Shown: positions 1 to 8,653 of the stretch, piece by piece | Layout: every line of letters starts with the position of its first letter | Position numbering within the stretch: the stretch's first letter is position 1 | DNA from: Chitinophagaceae bacterium | Lineage (GTDB): Bacteria; Bacteroidota; Bacteroidia; Chitinophagales; Chitinophagaceae | Direction: 5' to 3' | Length of the DNA: 64,000 bases | NCBI GenBank assembly: GCA_035628135.1 | Contig: DASPKM010000004.1 | Location: forward strand, 362,596-426,595 | Notes under the pieces: generated by a model | Databases searched by the model: none | What the model was told of the DNA's origin: nothing | The model's input: the letters and a program-made list of their open reading frames with translations, nothing else | Translations under genes and position numbers: made by a program

Positions 1-215
1 ATGTACACCGTATTGGCCGTACCGGAAGGGCGGGCGCTAATGGCGTGGCTATTTCTTTCTGCGATGGCCGCGAAGAAATGGACAACCTGAAAAGCATCAA
101 TAAACTGATAGGGTTAAAGATACCCGCAGTTGCGCATCGTTTTGAAAGAACTATGGCATAATCTGGTCATTTCATCTTATATATCCCTCAATGGACTATG
201 CATTGAGGGATTTTT

Positions 216-554
216 TTATTCCATGACGGCCACTTCGGGCTGAGGAATATGCCTGATGGTAAGCTGATATTTAGTGTTCAGCGCAAAATAAAATTCATTG
301 GTCCGGGTGAATTCGCACACCGCTTCGTCTTCCAACAATACGGCCGCCAGGCTGGATGCCAGCGGTAACTCAACTATCACATTCTGCAATTTCCCTCCCT
401 TTAAGTTAAACGAGAACTTATAGCCCGACTTCCTCTTTACGCCTGCTCTTTCAAAATCAGGCGCATTCAAAGTAAGTATTTGTTCAGCAACCAGCGCACG
501 TTTCATGACAATTCGGATAATAGGTAAATACTTAGACCAGACGTTTCTGTACAT
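216..554 (-). CDS. hypothetical protein (about 96-112 aa; alternative start at 506)
   Basis: ORF in the six-frame track. No motif recognised. Upstream of the secreted-protein gene on the same strand. Confidence 0.3.
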   Translation of the reverse strand: MYRNVWSKYLPIIRIVMKRALVAEQILTLNAPDFERAGVKRKSGYKFSFNLKGGKLQNVIVELPLASSLAAVLLEDEAVCEFTRTNEFYFALNTKYQLTIRHIPQPEVAVME

Positions 555-678
555 ATAGCTGTTTTATTCAAATTCGATAATAATATATAAAGGTCGCTAA
601 TCGCGGCCAATAAGTGCAGAAATCTTTAAAACAGGGCAAACCAACATCGAAATGAAGTTCCCGTTTTAGAACTGCTAT

Positions 679-2421
679 TTATTGTCTGATCATCGCATCT
701 TCATTAAAGCTCATTAGCAGCCTGGAAGGGCTTGGCCTCTTGAGATCGTATTCTGCTCCTAAAAAAGCAATCTTTATTTTTCTTCCATCGGTGTACTTAA
801 ACATTATCGAATAATTCCTGACCTCATACGTACCCGAGCCGGGGGTAAGTCCGGGGTTTATGCAGTCGATATATTCATGATATAACACCTTTATTGCGCC
901 GTTATCAGTGAACTTTCCATCAGTTGTAAAAGTGATAGAGGGGATTTGTCCATTCAATTCGCTAAGGGCATACGTGCCGCTAAAGGTTGCACCATCCACA
1001 GATGGCAATGAATAAAATGCATGGTCTGTTTGGTTGGGCGTGATGATCAGCTTATCCTTTTCCATCCTCAGCGGAATATCTCCGTAAGGCATCTTTAAAA
1101 CTCCTCTTCCATTGCTGAACGTATAGGTACCCCAATCCCTCCGGTAGAGTTCGGCCGGAACCCGGCTATCAAATCCATCCAACCCTTCGGTAGGGAATTT
1201 GGGGCCAAAATAGGCCTGTCCATTAGAAAAGAACATGGGTGAAAAAACTTTATACCTCACCCCAAGCCGTTCGCCCTGGGTGGCGGGGCCAACCGATAAA
1301 GAAATACCCTGCCATACCCCAACAATACCACTGCCTTTGGTAATACCTGGCTGCAAGGCCGGTTGCCGTCCGTCTTTAAACTGTAGCGTGAATAAGAATT
1401 TTTCAATCGCGTAACCGTAAGCCCGGCGGTCAGTGGAATAATACCTGGAAAGCTTACAATTAGGCCTTGATTTCAGCACGGCTATCCGCTCGAAGCGGTT
1501 ATTTACTTTTATAACAAACAGGTCAAGTCCCAGTTCCGTCTTATAAGGTGTTCCATTCTCCACCTGCACGCCGCCTTTTGCCTGCATGTATTCCCATCCG
1601 TTGAATGATATTTTAGGTTCTGTTTTTTGGTAATTCGCTCCGCCGGCATAATACATCTTGGTTGCGTTGTACATGAGCGCCGCCTCATCATAGCTCTGCT
1701 TCACCGCTTGTTCCAGGGTGCCGGAAAAAATCAGGGGCTCCATTATTTGCATGGCCAAATGTTCTCCCGCAGGCAGGTCCAGGGGTTTAAATACAATGCC
1801 GTCCACGAATACCTGGTGGCTCCATCCAGCAGGCGCAGTATAGGCCATTAAGCGAAATTGCCCTTTAACTCCATTGGTTTGCGATAGCGCCCTGTCGTTA
1901 CTGCTGTTATCAGCGTGCAATTTTGCCGTTTTATCCAACTTCATGTTTTCAATCAAGGCGTCTACCTGGGCGGTATAGGATTGTTCATTCAGGCTGGTTC
2001 TTATACTGAATGTTTTCCCAAAACCACTGAAAACAGTTAAAATGATGTACACGTCTACGCCATCCATTTTTACCAGGGATGCGCCTACAACGGCTTTCCA
2101 TCCATCGGGAGTGGATTGTGTTTCTGTCTTCGGATCGGGCTCACCCTTGAACGGGACCACTACCAACTCGTTCCAGTCCTTTCTAAAATCTTTTTGCGGG
2201 TCGCCTGTGCTTGCAGTACTTGCATAAATGGCAATAACGCAAAAGCTTCCGCTGGAAGCATTCACATTGCTGTAGGTTATTACCCCGTTTCTCAGATCTT
2301 TTTTGAAACCCTTCGGGGGTGTATAAGTTATAATATCAAACGTTTCTGTTTGTGATATACAATTACTGCTGATAAGCATGAGCAGCAATAATTTTACAGT
2401 GCAGGCAATGAACTTATGCAT
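679..2421 (-). CDS. secreted hypothetical protein; paralog of 7172..8563
   Basis: N-terminal signal peptide MHKFIACTVKLLLLMLISSNCISQ. The first ~150 aa and the C-terminal motif align clearly with the product of 7172..8563 (e.g. TFDIITYTPPKGFKK / TYKFDIASFIPPKGWQR; SGFGKTFSIRTSL / SGFGKVMTIMVNL). Confidence 0.65.
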   Translation of the reverse strand: MHKFIACTVKLLLLMLISSNCISQTETFDIITYTPPKGFKKDLRNGVITYSNVNASSGSFCVIAIYASTASTGDPQKDFRKDWNELVVVPFKGEPDPKTETQSTPDGWKAVVGASLVKMDGVDVYIILTVFSGFGKTFSIRTSLNEQSYTAQVDALIENMKLDKTAKLHADNSSNDRALSQTNGVKGQFRLMAYTAPAGWSHQVFVDGIVFKPLDLPAGEHLAMQIMEPLIFSGTLEQAVKQSYDEAALMYNATKMYYAGGANYQKTEPKISFNGWEYMQAKGGVQVENGTPYKTELGLDLFVIKVNNRFERIAVLKSRPNCKLSRYYSTDRRAYGYAIEKFLFTLQFKDGRQPALQPGITKGSGIVGVWQGISLSVGPATQGERLGVRYKVFSPMFFSNGQAYFGPKFPTEGLDGFDSRVPAELYRRDWGTYTFSNGRGVLKMPYGDIPLRMEKDKLIITPNQTDHAFYSLPSVDGATFSGTYALSELNGQIPSITFTTDGKFTDNGAIKVLYHEYIDCINPGLTPGSGTYEVRNYSIMFKYTDGRKIKIAFLGAEYDLKRPSPSRLLMSFNEDAMIRQ

Positions 2422-2614
2422 AAAAGATGTTTAATTCTTATGAATAGTGATCTGGTATAATGGGGGCCAAATGTGGAAGAATGCCATTGACGTCGATCAC
2501 CGGAACCAGTGGGTTCTCTCAATTTCGGCAATAATATTCGAAACCGGGTATTTAAATTGTCTTACCCCTGGATAATCAGGTAGAAAAGCGAAGAACATCA
2601 CAGTCCGGCGGATT

Positions 2615-3337
2615 TTAAAACAAATGCCCGCCCAGCCGCTTCAGCACCTGTGACCTGTATAAACTGCCAATGGGCAATTCATGGTCCATTACCGTTACCT
2701 GGGTTTGTGAAAACTGTTTGATCCTTGCAACCGGCACTATAAAGCTCCTGTGTATCCTGATAAAATGCTGTGGAGATAATTTTTCTTCCATCTGGCTGAT
2801 GCTGAGCAGCGTAATAAAATTGCCATTGGAAGTAACAACCTTTATATGGTTGCGAAGGCTTTCGATATAAATTACTTCATCCACCAACACCTTTATGAAC
2901 TTCCGGTCGCTCTTGATGTAAAAGAAAGGCGGCTCGTCGGTTGGCGGCTCGGACGCTTGCAGGCCTGCGGACGACGGTATTGTTTTTTCAAGCCTGTACA
3001 CCTTGCCGATTGCTTTTAAAAACCGGTCGAACGAAACCGGCTTCAGCAGGTAATCAACCACATCGAGGTTGAAGCCTTCCAATGCAAATTCGCGGTGTGC
3101 CGTGGTAACGATAACATGCGGTTGCTTAGGGAGCATTTGCAGCATGCTTAGACCGGTCATCTTCGGCATTTGAATGTCCAGGAACAGCAGGTCGATATCG
3201 TTGTTCTGCATAGCCGAGAACGCGTCCATCGCATTGTAATAAACGCCCGCCACCTGCAGGTGTCCGATCCTGCTGATGTGATTTTCAATGACCTTAACGG
3301 CCATTTCTTCATCATCGACTATCAGGCACTTCATCAT
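2615..3337 (-). CDS. two-component response regulator, LytTR family
   Basis: N-terminal receiver domain (LIVDDE...DLLFLDIQMP) and C-terminal LytTR DNA-binding domain (FIRIHRSFIVPVARI). Confidence 0.9.
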   Translation of the reverse strand: MMKCLIVDDEEMAVKVIENHISRIGHLQVAGVYYNAMDAFSAMQNNDIDLLFLDIQMPKMTGLSMLQMLPKQPHVIVTTAHREFALEGFNLDVVDYLLKPVSFDRFLKAIGKVYRLEKTIPSSAGLQASEPPTDEPPFFYIKSDRKFIKVLVDEVIYIESLRNHIKVVTSNGNFITLLSISQMEEKLSPQHFIRIHRSFIVPVARIKQFSQTQVTVMDHELPIGSLYRSQVLKRLGGHLF

Positions 3338-4388
3338 ACAAGCTCAGGTTTAATATAGACAGGTAAGTATCCTGTTGCTTTATCTCCAGCTTATGTCGGC
3401 CGGGATAGGTCATTTCGAGCCTTTTCCGCACGTTTGCCAATCCAATCCCGCTTTGTGTTTTAAAAATATTGCCGTTGATCTCCTTATCATTTTCCAGGTT
3501 GTTCTCTACCGTAAAGTTCAATACATCTTTACTAACCCATAAGTTCACGCAGATCCAGGGGTCTTTATCGTTCTTCGCGGCGCCATGCTTGAAAGCATTT
3601 TCAACAAAGGGCATCAATAACAATGGAGCGATGGTCTTCCCATTGGTATCGCCACCTTTTTCGAAACACACGTCTAACCGTGACCCATACCTGATCTTTT
3701 CCAGCTCGATATAATTTTCGAGATGGGCGATCTCCTTTTCTAGTGAAATCTCGTTCCTGTCGCACTCGTACAGCATGTAGCTCATCATGTCCGATAACCG
3801 CGTTATTACTTCAGGCGCCTTCGGATGGTTGGTGAGCACCATGCCGTACAAATTATTCAACGTATTGAAAAGAAAGTGAGGGTGCAATTGATTTTTTAAC
3901 AGCTTTAACTCTGCTTCCGACCGCTGCTGCGCCAGTTGCAGCGTCATTTTTTCCTGGTAAGTGCTCCGCTGCAATAGTTTTAGTATAATGGGCAATGAAG
4001 AGATGTAGACCAGGTCCAGAGCTTTATAGAAGAGCTTTGAGTTGAAGACGCCTGCCTGGGCCTCCGCGCTATTCGGCATTATAAAAAAACAATACAGCGC
4101 CCATATCAGGGTGCCGCCGGCCATGGCCAGGCCAAGGAACAATGCAAGAAAAATGCTGTACTTCTTTTTGATCAGCCAATTGGGCACGAGATTATAGATC
4201 ACAAAATAGGTGAAGGGCAACTTGATGAGCATGATCTGCAATTCAATTCCCGCGTGATACAGGAAGCTGTCGTTATTATACGTGCTGTTGATAATGGCAT
4301 AAAATACCAGCCAGGCCAGCCAGTACAAAATATGCCGCAGGAGGCGCTCCCACGACCAGCTTGTATACCGTTTTTCGAACTGAAACAT
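3312..4388 (-). CDS. sensor histidine kinase (LytS/YehU-type; His_kinase region plus GHKL ATPase)
   Basis: HPHFLFNTLNNLYGMV motif typical of LytS-like kinases, N-terminal transmembrane helices and a C-terminal ATPase. Overlaps the RR gene by about 26 nt, consistent with an operon. The track ORF extends to 4532, but the first 48 aa are not membrane-like, so the start was set at the internal ATG at 4388 (uncertain). Confidence 0.8.
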   Translation of the reverse strand: MFQFEKRYTSWSWERLLRHILYWLAWLVFYAIINSTYNNDSFLYHAGIELQIMLIKLPFTYFVIYNLVPNWLIKKKYSIFLALFLGLAMAGGTLIWALYCFFIMPNSAEAQAGVFNSKLFYKALDLVYISSLPIILKLLQRSTYQEKMTLQLAQQRSEAELKLLKNQLHPHFLFNTLNNLYGMVLTNHPKAPEVITRLSDMMSYMLYECDRNEISLEKEIAHLENYIELEKIRYGSRLDVCFEKGGDTNGKTIAPLLLMPFVENAFKHGAAKNDKDPWICVNLWVSKDVLNFTVENNLENDKEINGNIFKTQSGIGLANVRKRLEMTYPGRHKLEIKQQDTYLSILNLSLYDEVPDSR

Positions 4389-4610
4389 GCAGAAAATTAT
4401 AGATTTTACTGCTGAATACGGGATAAAAAGGACGAAAGGCCGCTGAATTGATACAAATGACCTCCAAATATTGCAAAGCCCTGTTTTTTCATGCCATATG
4501 CGATATGTGACAACAAAACCCTCATCGGGCATTATTAAGAACTGACCTCCTGTTAGCGGTTATAATTTACACGTGTTCACGAAAGCATAACCATCAAAAA
4601 CTAATTAAGT

Positions 4611-5132
4611 ATGACACGCAAACATGTAAGCAGTTTACTGATCGCCATTGCAGCGAACATGATCGGGTACACATTTGCCCAGCAGGGCCAGCAGACGCTT
4701 CCCGAGAATGAGATGGCGTATTCTCCGGTGCCGGCCAGGCCGGCGGCGCCTGCCGTTCGTTTAAACGAAGTGCCCACAAAAGCGGTTCGCAGCTTTGCCC
4801 GGGAGTTTTCAAACGCAGACGCAAAATGGTATCGCACACCGGATGGCTTCGTGGTGTATTTTGTTCATAAGAACATCCGCACAAAGATGTTTTATGATAG
4901 GAAAGGCAATTATGGCTGCACAGTCCGCAACTATGATGAAACAGCGTTACCACGCGAAATACGGCACCAGGTAAAAAGCAATTACTACGACTACCAAATT
5001 TATCACGTGGTAGAGGTTGCTGCGCAGGGCCAGACCGCGTATATCATCAAGATGGAGAGCAAAACTTCGTGGATGGATGTTAAAGTGCTGAATAATGAAA
5101 TGGAGATTTTGCACGAATACTTCAAACGATAA
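4611..5132 (+). CDS. secreted PepSY-like (beta-lactamase-inhibitor-like) protein
   Basis: Signal peptide followed by two PepSY_like-type repeats (REIRHQVKSNYYDYQIYHVVEV..., WYRTPDGFVVYF...). Family assignment made by eye. Confidence 0.55.
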   Translation: MTRKHVSSLLIAIAANMIGYTFAQQGQQTLPENEMAYSPVPARPAAPAVRLNEVPTKAVRSFAREFSNADAKWYRTPDGFVVYFVHKNIRTKMFYDRKGNYGCTVRNYDETALPREIRHQVKSNYYDYQIYHVVEVAAQGQTAYIIKMESKTSWMDVKVLNNEMEILHEYFKR

Positions 5133-5224
5133 TTTTCCAGGATAAGCTGAACGTGCTTACCACTTTGCCTCATGGTATTACCCCTGGCATTGTATTCGCT
5201 GCTTGTGATGTAAAAACCATCATC

Positions 5225-5413
5225 ATGGCAAATAAGAAAAGCAACCGGGGTGATCAGCAGCAGAGTCCGAGAGGGGATGCTGAAAATCAAAAGAACACCC
5301 GGCAAACAGGCAATCAGGACAAAGAGGGATCGCAGTCGACCCAGGGCAATAATCAATCGCGGCAAGGCGATGGCGGGAACCGTGGAAAACGTGGCAACCG
5401 CGGATTAAACTAA
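5225..5413 (+). CDS. small hydrophilic intrinsically disordered protein (N/Q/G/R/K-rich)
   Basis: 62-aa ORF beginning MANKKSNRGDQQQ with low-complexity basic/polar composition. Start placed at the internal ATG at 5225 rather than the track start at 5153. Confidence 0.4.
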   Translation: MANKKSNRGDQQQSPRGDAENQKNTRQTGNQDKEGSQSTQGNNQSRQGDGGNRGKRGNRGLN

Positions 5414-5434
5414 CAAGTATCAAAATTCATTGTT

Positions 5435-5623
5435 ATGGCACGCAACAGCGATCACGGAAGCAAAGAAGCGAACCAGGGCAACCGCGACCAGGACCAGAAT
5501 GACAAACGCAGCGGACAGGAAACAATGGGAAAACGCGGTCAGCGGCTCGACAAAAAAGAAGAAGAAAGGTATCGCAGCAACGAACAGCCAAAGGGCCGGG
5601 GCAGGCATGGCGGCAACAGGTAG
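5435..5623 (+). CDS. small hydrophilic intrinsically disordered protein (compositional twin of 5225..5413)
   Basis: 62-aa ORF with the same composition (NQGNRDQDQNDKRSGQ...GRGRHGGNR). Tandem arrangement with the upstream gene. Confidence 0.4.
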   Translation: MARNSDHGSKEANQGNRDQDQNDKRSGQETMGKRGQRLDKKEEERYRSNEQPKGRGRHGGNR

Positions 5624-5662
5624 TGCCGGCGCTGCCCCGCCTTTCAAAGACCGTATAATAGT

Positions 5663-6112
5663 TTAGTATCTACGGAACTCGTACCGGTAATCGTAACCGA
5701 ACCTGTTCATATATCCTACCAGGTGGTTGCCGCTCAGTTCTATGGAATAGAATTCCCATTCTATCACCCGGCTATCATAGTAATCATATAATCGCAATTC
5801 CATCGAGGTCCTTGCGCCCGTGCGGTAATTTCCATAGTAGTCATGGTACCCGTCGGACCGGTCTATCAATCTCCACGAGCCATCCATCTGGCCATAATTA
5901 TCGGAATACCTGGCCGTTCCGTTGTTGCCGAAATAAAATTCTCCATACTCGTACTCGGAGTAGATCGGCTCACTGCCGTAGGGACCATACCGTTCCACCG
6001 ATACCAGTTCCCAATTGCCCACGATATTGGCCTGTGTGTCCGGTATCCATTTGGTACAGGATGAAAGCATTAGCGCGGGAACAAGCAGCAATAGGTAAAA
6101 TTTGGACTTCAT
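5663..6112 (-). CDS. Tyr-rich lipoprotein, hypothetical
   Basis: Signal peptide with lipobox (LMLSSC) followed by a Tyr/Gly/Asp-rich mature region. Confidence 0.55.
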   Translation of the reverse strand: MKSKFYLLLLVPALMLSSCTKWIPDTQANIVGNWELVSVERYGPYGSEPIYSEYEYGEFYFGNNGTARYSDNYGQMDGSWRLIDRSDGYHDYYGNYRTGARTSMELRLYDYYDSRVIEWEFYSIELSGNHLVGYMNRFGYDYRYEFRRY

Positions 6113-6322
6113 ATACTCATTTTGCTGTGTAAGAACAAAAAGCCAGCCTCATGTTTAATGGTGAACAGCCCCCACCCCGCTTTTACCTAAAGTTTAACCC
6201 AAGTCATAATAATTTTAAAATTGATGCCTGAATAAGCAAGCTGATTATTAAGAATACCTTAGCAAACACAACAAAATAATTCCGCACTGTCGGGGGTTCT
6301 ACAACTACTAAGACAAAAAGCA

Positions 6323-7165
6323 ATGAAAAGAACCCCTATTCTGATCGTGATTGCGCTGGCAATCTTTTCCTCCGCTTTTGCGAGCAAGAACCCCACTCCC
6401 GAGGTAAGCAAATCGCTGGTGTTCCCGGTATCGGGCAAGAAAAGTAATATCGGCAGCTTTTGGGGCGATGTGCGTGATGGTGGGAGGCGTAAGCACCAGG
6501 GCATCGATATTTTTGCGAGGAAAGGCACCCCTGTATTAGCGATTGCCGATGGCATTATCGTGTCCAAGGGCAATACGCCCCGTGGCGGTAAAACGCTCTG
6601 GCTGCAGCCGGTGGGATATCCCTGGACGGTTTACTATGCGCATTTGGATCAACAGAAGGTCAAGGAGGGACAATTTGTTAAAAAAGGCGAAGTGCTGGGC
6701 ACCGTGGGCAATACAGGCAATGCCCGCTATACGCCGGCGCACCTGCATTTCGGCATTTATACCTGGATTGGCGCGGTAAATCCGCTGCCGTATGTAAAAT
6801 ACTCACCCAGGATAGTATCGCCCCTGGCCAAACCGGCCGCCAAACAAGCGCCACTGGTAAAAGTCAGCAAGCCTAAACCAATAAAGCAAAAGCCGAATGT
6901 TGCTACCGTTGCGGCGTTTCCACGGAAATATGTTATGAAGACCATTTCCATTTCCGCCGATCCTGGCGCGCAATATTATGTAACCACGCGGTCCAATGTG
7001 GTGCGTGTTCATAATGGCAAAGTGCAGGTGGTTGGAAAATGGAACAAGGCCAACAGCAATAAATATCCTTACAGGATTACCCTGGCCAATAACAAGAAGG
7101 TATTTGTAAAACCATCGGGTAAACTAATAACGGCCGAAGGCGTAGAGATTGGCAAAGTGAGCTAG
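6323..7165 (+). CDS. M23 family metallopeptidase with C-terminal basic/SH3-like extension
   Basis: Signal peptide plus M23 motifs HQGIDIF...D and HLHFGIY (HxxxD / HxH). Confidence 0.85.
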   Translation: MKRTPILIVIALAIFSSAFASKNPTPEVSKSLVFPVSGKKSNIGSFWGDVRDGGRRKHQGIDIFARKGTPVLAIADGIIVSKGNTPRGGKTLWLQPVGYPWTVYYAHLDQQKVKEGQFVKKGEVLGTVGNTGNARYTPAHLHFGIYTWIGAVNPLPYVKYSPRIVSPLAKPAAKQAPLVKVSKPKPIKQKPNVATVAAFPRKYVMKTISISADPGAQYYVTTRSNVVRVHNGKVQVVGKWNKANSNKYPYRITLANNKKVFVKPSGKLITAEGVEIGKVS

Positions 7166-7171
7166 CAGCCA

Positions 7172-8563
7172 CTATCGTGGAGATTGTTTTTCATAACACA
7201 CTTCAAACTCCTTTCCATCGGCCACGCTTACCTGCAGCATATATAGCCTGTCCTTCCACCCGGTGCCGCCATGATTTACTTTTTCGAAGCGGAACCGCAC
7301 CTGGTCGGCGGTTTGACTGCCGTATTTCTTAAAAATAATCTGGTTGCCGCGGATGGAGTATGTGCCATCGCCCTTCCAGGCAGATGTTTTTATTTGGAGG
7401 TAATCATTGTACCCTTCCGTTACTTTCGAAGTAGTGCCGTATGCGCCGATGAATTGATAATTGCCGTTGGCCGCAAATATGTATTCTGTTAAGGCCATGC
7501 CGCCGATTGCCATCCAACCGCCGATAATGCGTTTGGAAGCATCTTCTGTATTTTTCGGCGGCAACTGGTTCTTTACGGTAAAGCTGTTGAAGAACCTTCT
7601 CCAATTTTCATAATAGTGATGGCAATAGCAAGACAGCAGCCTGTTATGTCGCCCCGTTACAATGGCTACCTGTTTTCCCATGCTGATCACCCATACGGCG
7701 CCGTCTTCATAATCGTAATAATACCCGTCCGGACGCATTTTGTGCATATCGCCCTCCATCATGCAATATTCCAGGCCCTGGGTCGTGTAACCCTTTAGGA
7801 TCCGGTATTGCTTCTCGCCTGTGTTCCTGAATTTCCAACCGGGATACATCTGGTTGAAGAGGCTTCTGGCGTCTGTTTCCAAATTGCCTGAAGATGGTTG
7901 CGGGGGAAAGATCGTAATGAGACAACCTTCGCCGGCCGGGGATTGGGACAACAATGTGTATTGATTTGTTTTGGACACGGTCCATTTATCAGGCATAATA
8001 AAGCTGTAATTGCTCCAGTTGAAAGCACCGCCAGGCGATGGTTTGGCATCGTTGCCTGTTGCGGCGGTGGCTTTACTGTCCAACTCAAATGAGTTCATGA
8101 ATTTTTCTACCTCCGCTACATAGTCCTGTCCCGCCAGGTTCACCATAATGGTCATCACCTTGCCAAAACCCGATATAACGGATAGGATGCAGGTATAAGT
8201 AATTCCTTGTTGGGTTAAATTGGCCATGCCTGAAACCACGGTCCAACCATCAGGTGTTTTTTCGGTGGTGACCATGGGCTTTACGGAAGTGTTGAGCGGT
8301 TGTGCGATGCGTGCCTTCCATTCATCGTTGAAATTATTTTGCGGATTGTTGCTGCTTGCACGGCTGGGAAACACCATTATCTGGCAGAAAGAGGTGAGGT
8401 TGTTTTGCGTGCGGTAATCGTGCAACAGCAACACGCCATTGGAATCGACGCGCTGCCAGCCTTTCGGGGGAATAAAACTGGCAATATCGAACTTATATGT
8501 TTGCGCGGCGACCGGCGCCACAATGATCATTAGTATAGCGAGGAGAAAGCATTTCGGTTTCAT
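7172..8563 (-). CDS. secreted hypothetical protein; paralog of 679..2421
   Basis: The track ORF runs to 8878, but the signal peptide MKPKCFLLAILMIIVAPVAAQ starts at the internal ATG at 8563. The N-terminal domain is homologous to the 679..2421 product. Confidence 0.65.
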   Translation of the reverse strand: MKPKCFLLAILMIIVAPVAAQTYKFDIASFIPPKGWQRVDSNGVLLLHDYRTQNNLTSFCQIMVFPSRASSNNPQNNFNDEWKARIAQPLNTSVKPMVTTEKTPDGWTVVSGMANLTQQGITYTCILSVISGFGKVMTIMVNLAGQDYVAEVEKFMNSFELDSKATAATGNDAKPSPGGAFNWSNYSFIMPDKWTVSKTNQYTLLSQSPAGEGCLITIFPPQPSSGNLETDARSLFNQMYPGWKFRNTGEKQYRILKGYTTQGLEYCMMEGDMHKMRPDGYYYDYEDGAVWVISMGKQVAIVTGRHNRLLSCYCHHYYENWRRFFNSFTVKNQLPPKNTEDASKRIIGGWMAIGGMALTEYIFAANGNYQFIGAYGTTSKVTEGYNDYLQIKTSAWKGDGTYSIRGNQIIFKKYGSQTADQVRFRFEKVNHGGTGWKDRLYMLQVSVADGKEFEVCYEKQSPR

Positions 8564-8653
8564 CAGAAAGAATTTAACAGACTGGCATCCTGATTCACAC
8601 AATAAAAATAGAACATATCGGCAGCTGCCTTCATCACCCGTTCGGGTGATGCT

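Noticed and set aside
1-90. Plus-strand reading frame running from position 1 to a TGA at 88..90
   Set aside because: It may be the 3' end of a gene that begins upstream of the window, but 29 codons are too few to identify.
4389-4532. N-terminal 48-aa extension of the histidine kinase ORF
   Set aside because: The segment is not hydrophobic or kinase-like. The internal ATG at 4388 gives the usual membrane N-terminus. Kept as uncertain.
5420-5666. Minus-strand and alternative plus-strand ORFs (75-78 aa) over the low-complexity region
   Set aside because: They are reverse-complement or frame artefacts of the purine-rich repeats. Which frame, if any, is translated cannot be decided from sequence, so they are listed only as alternatives.
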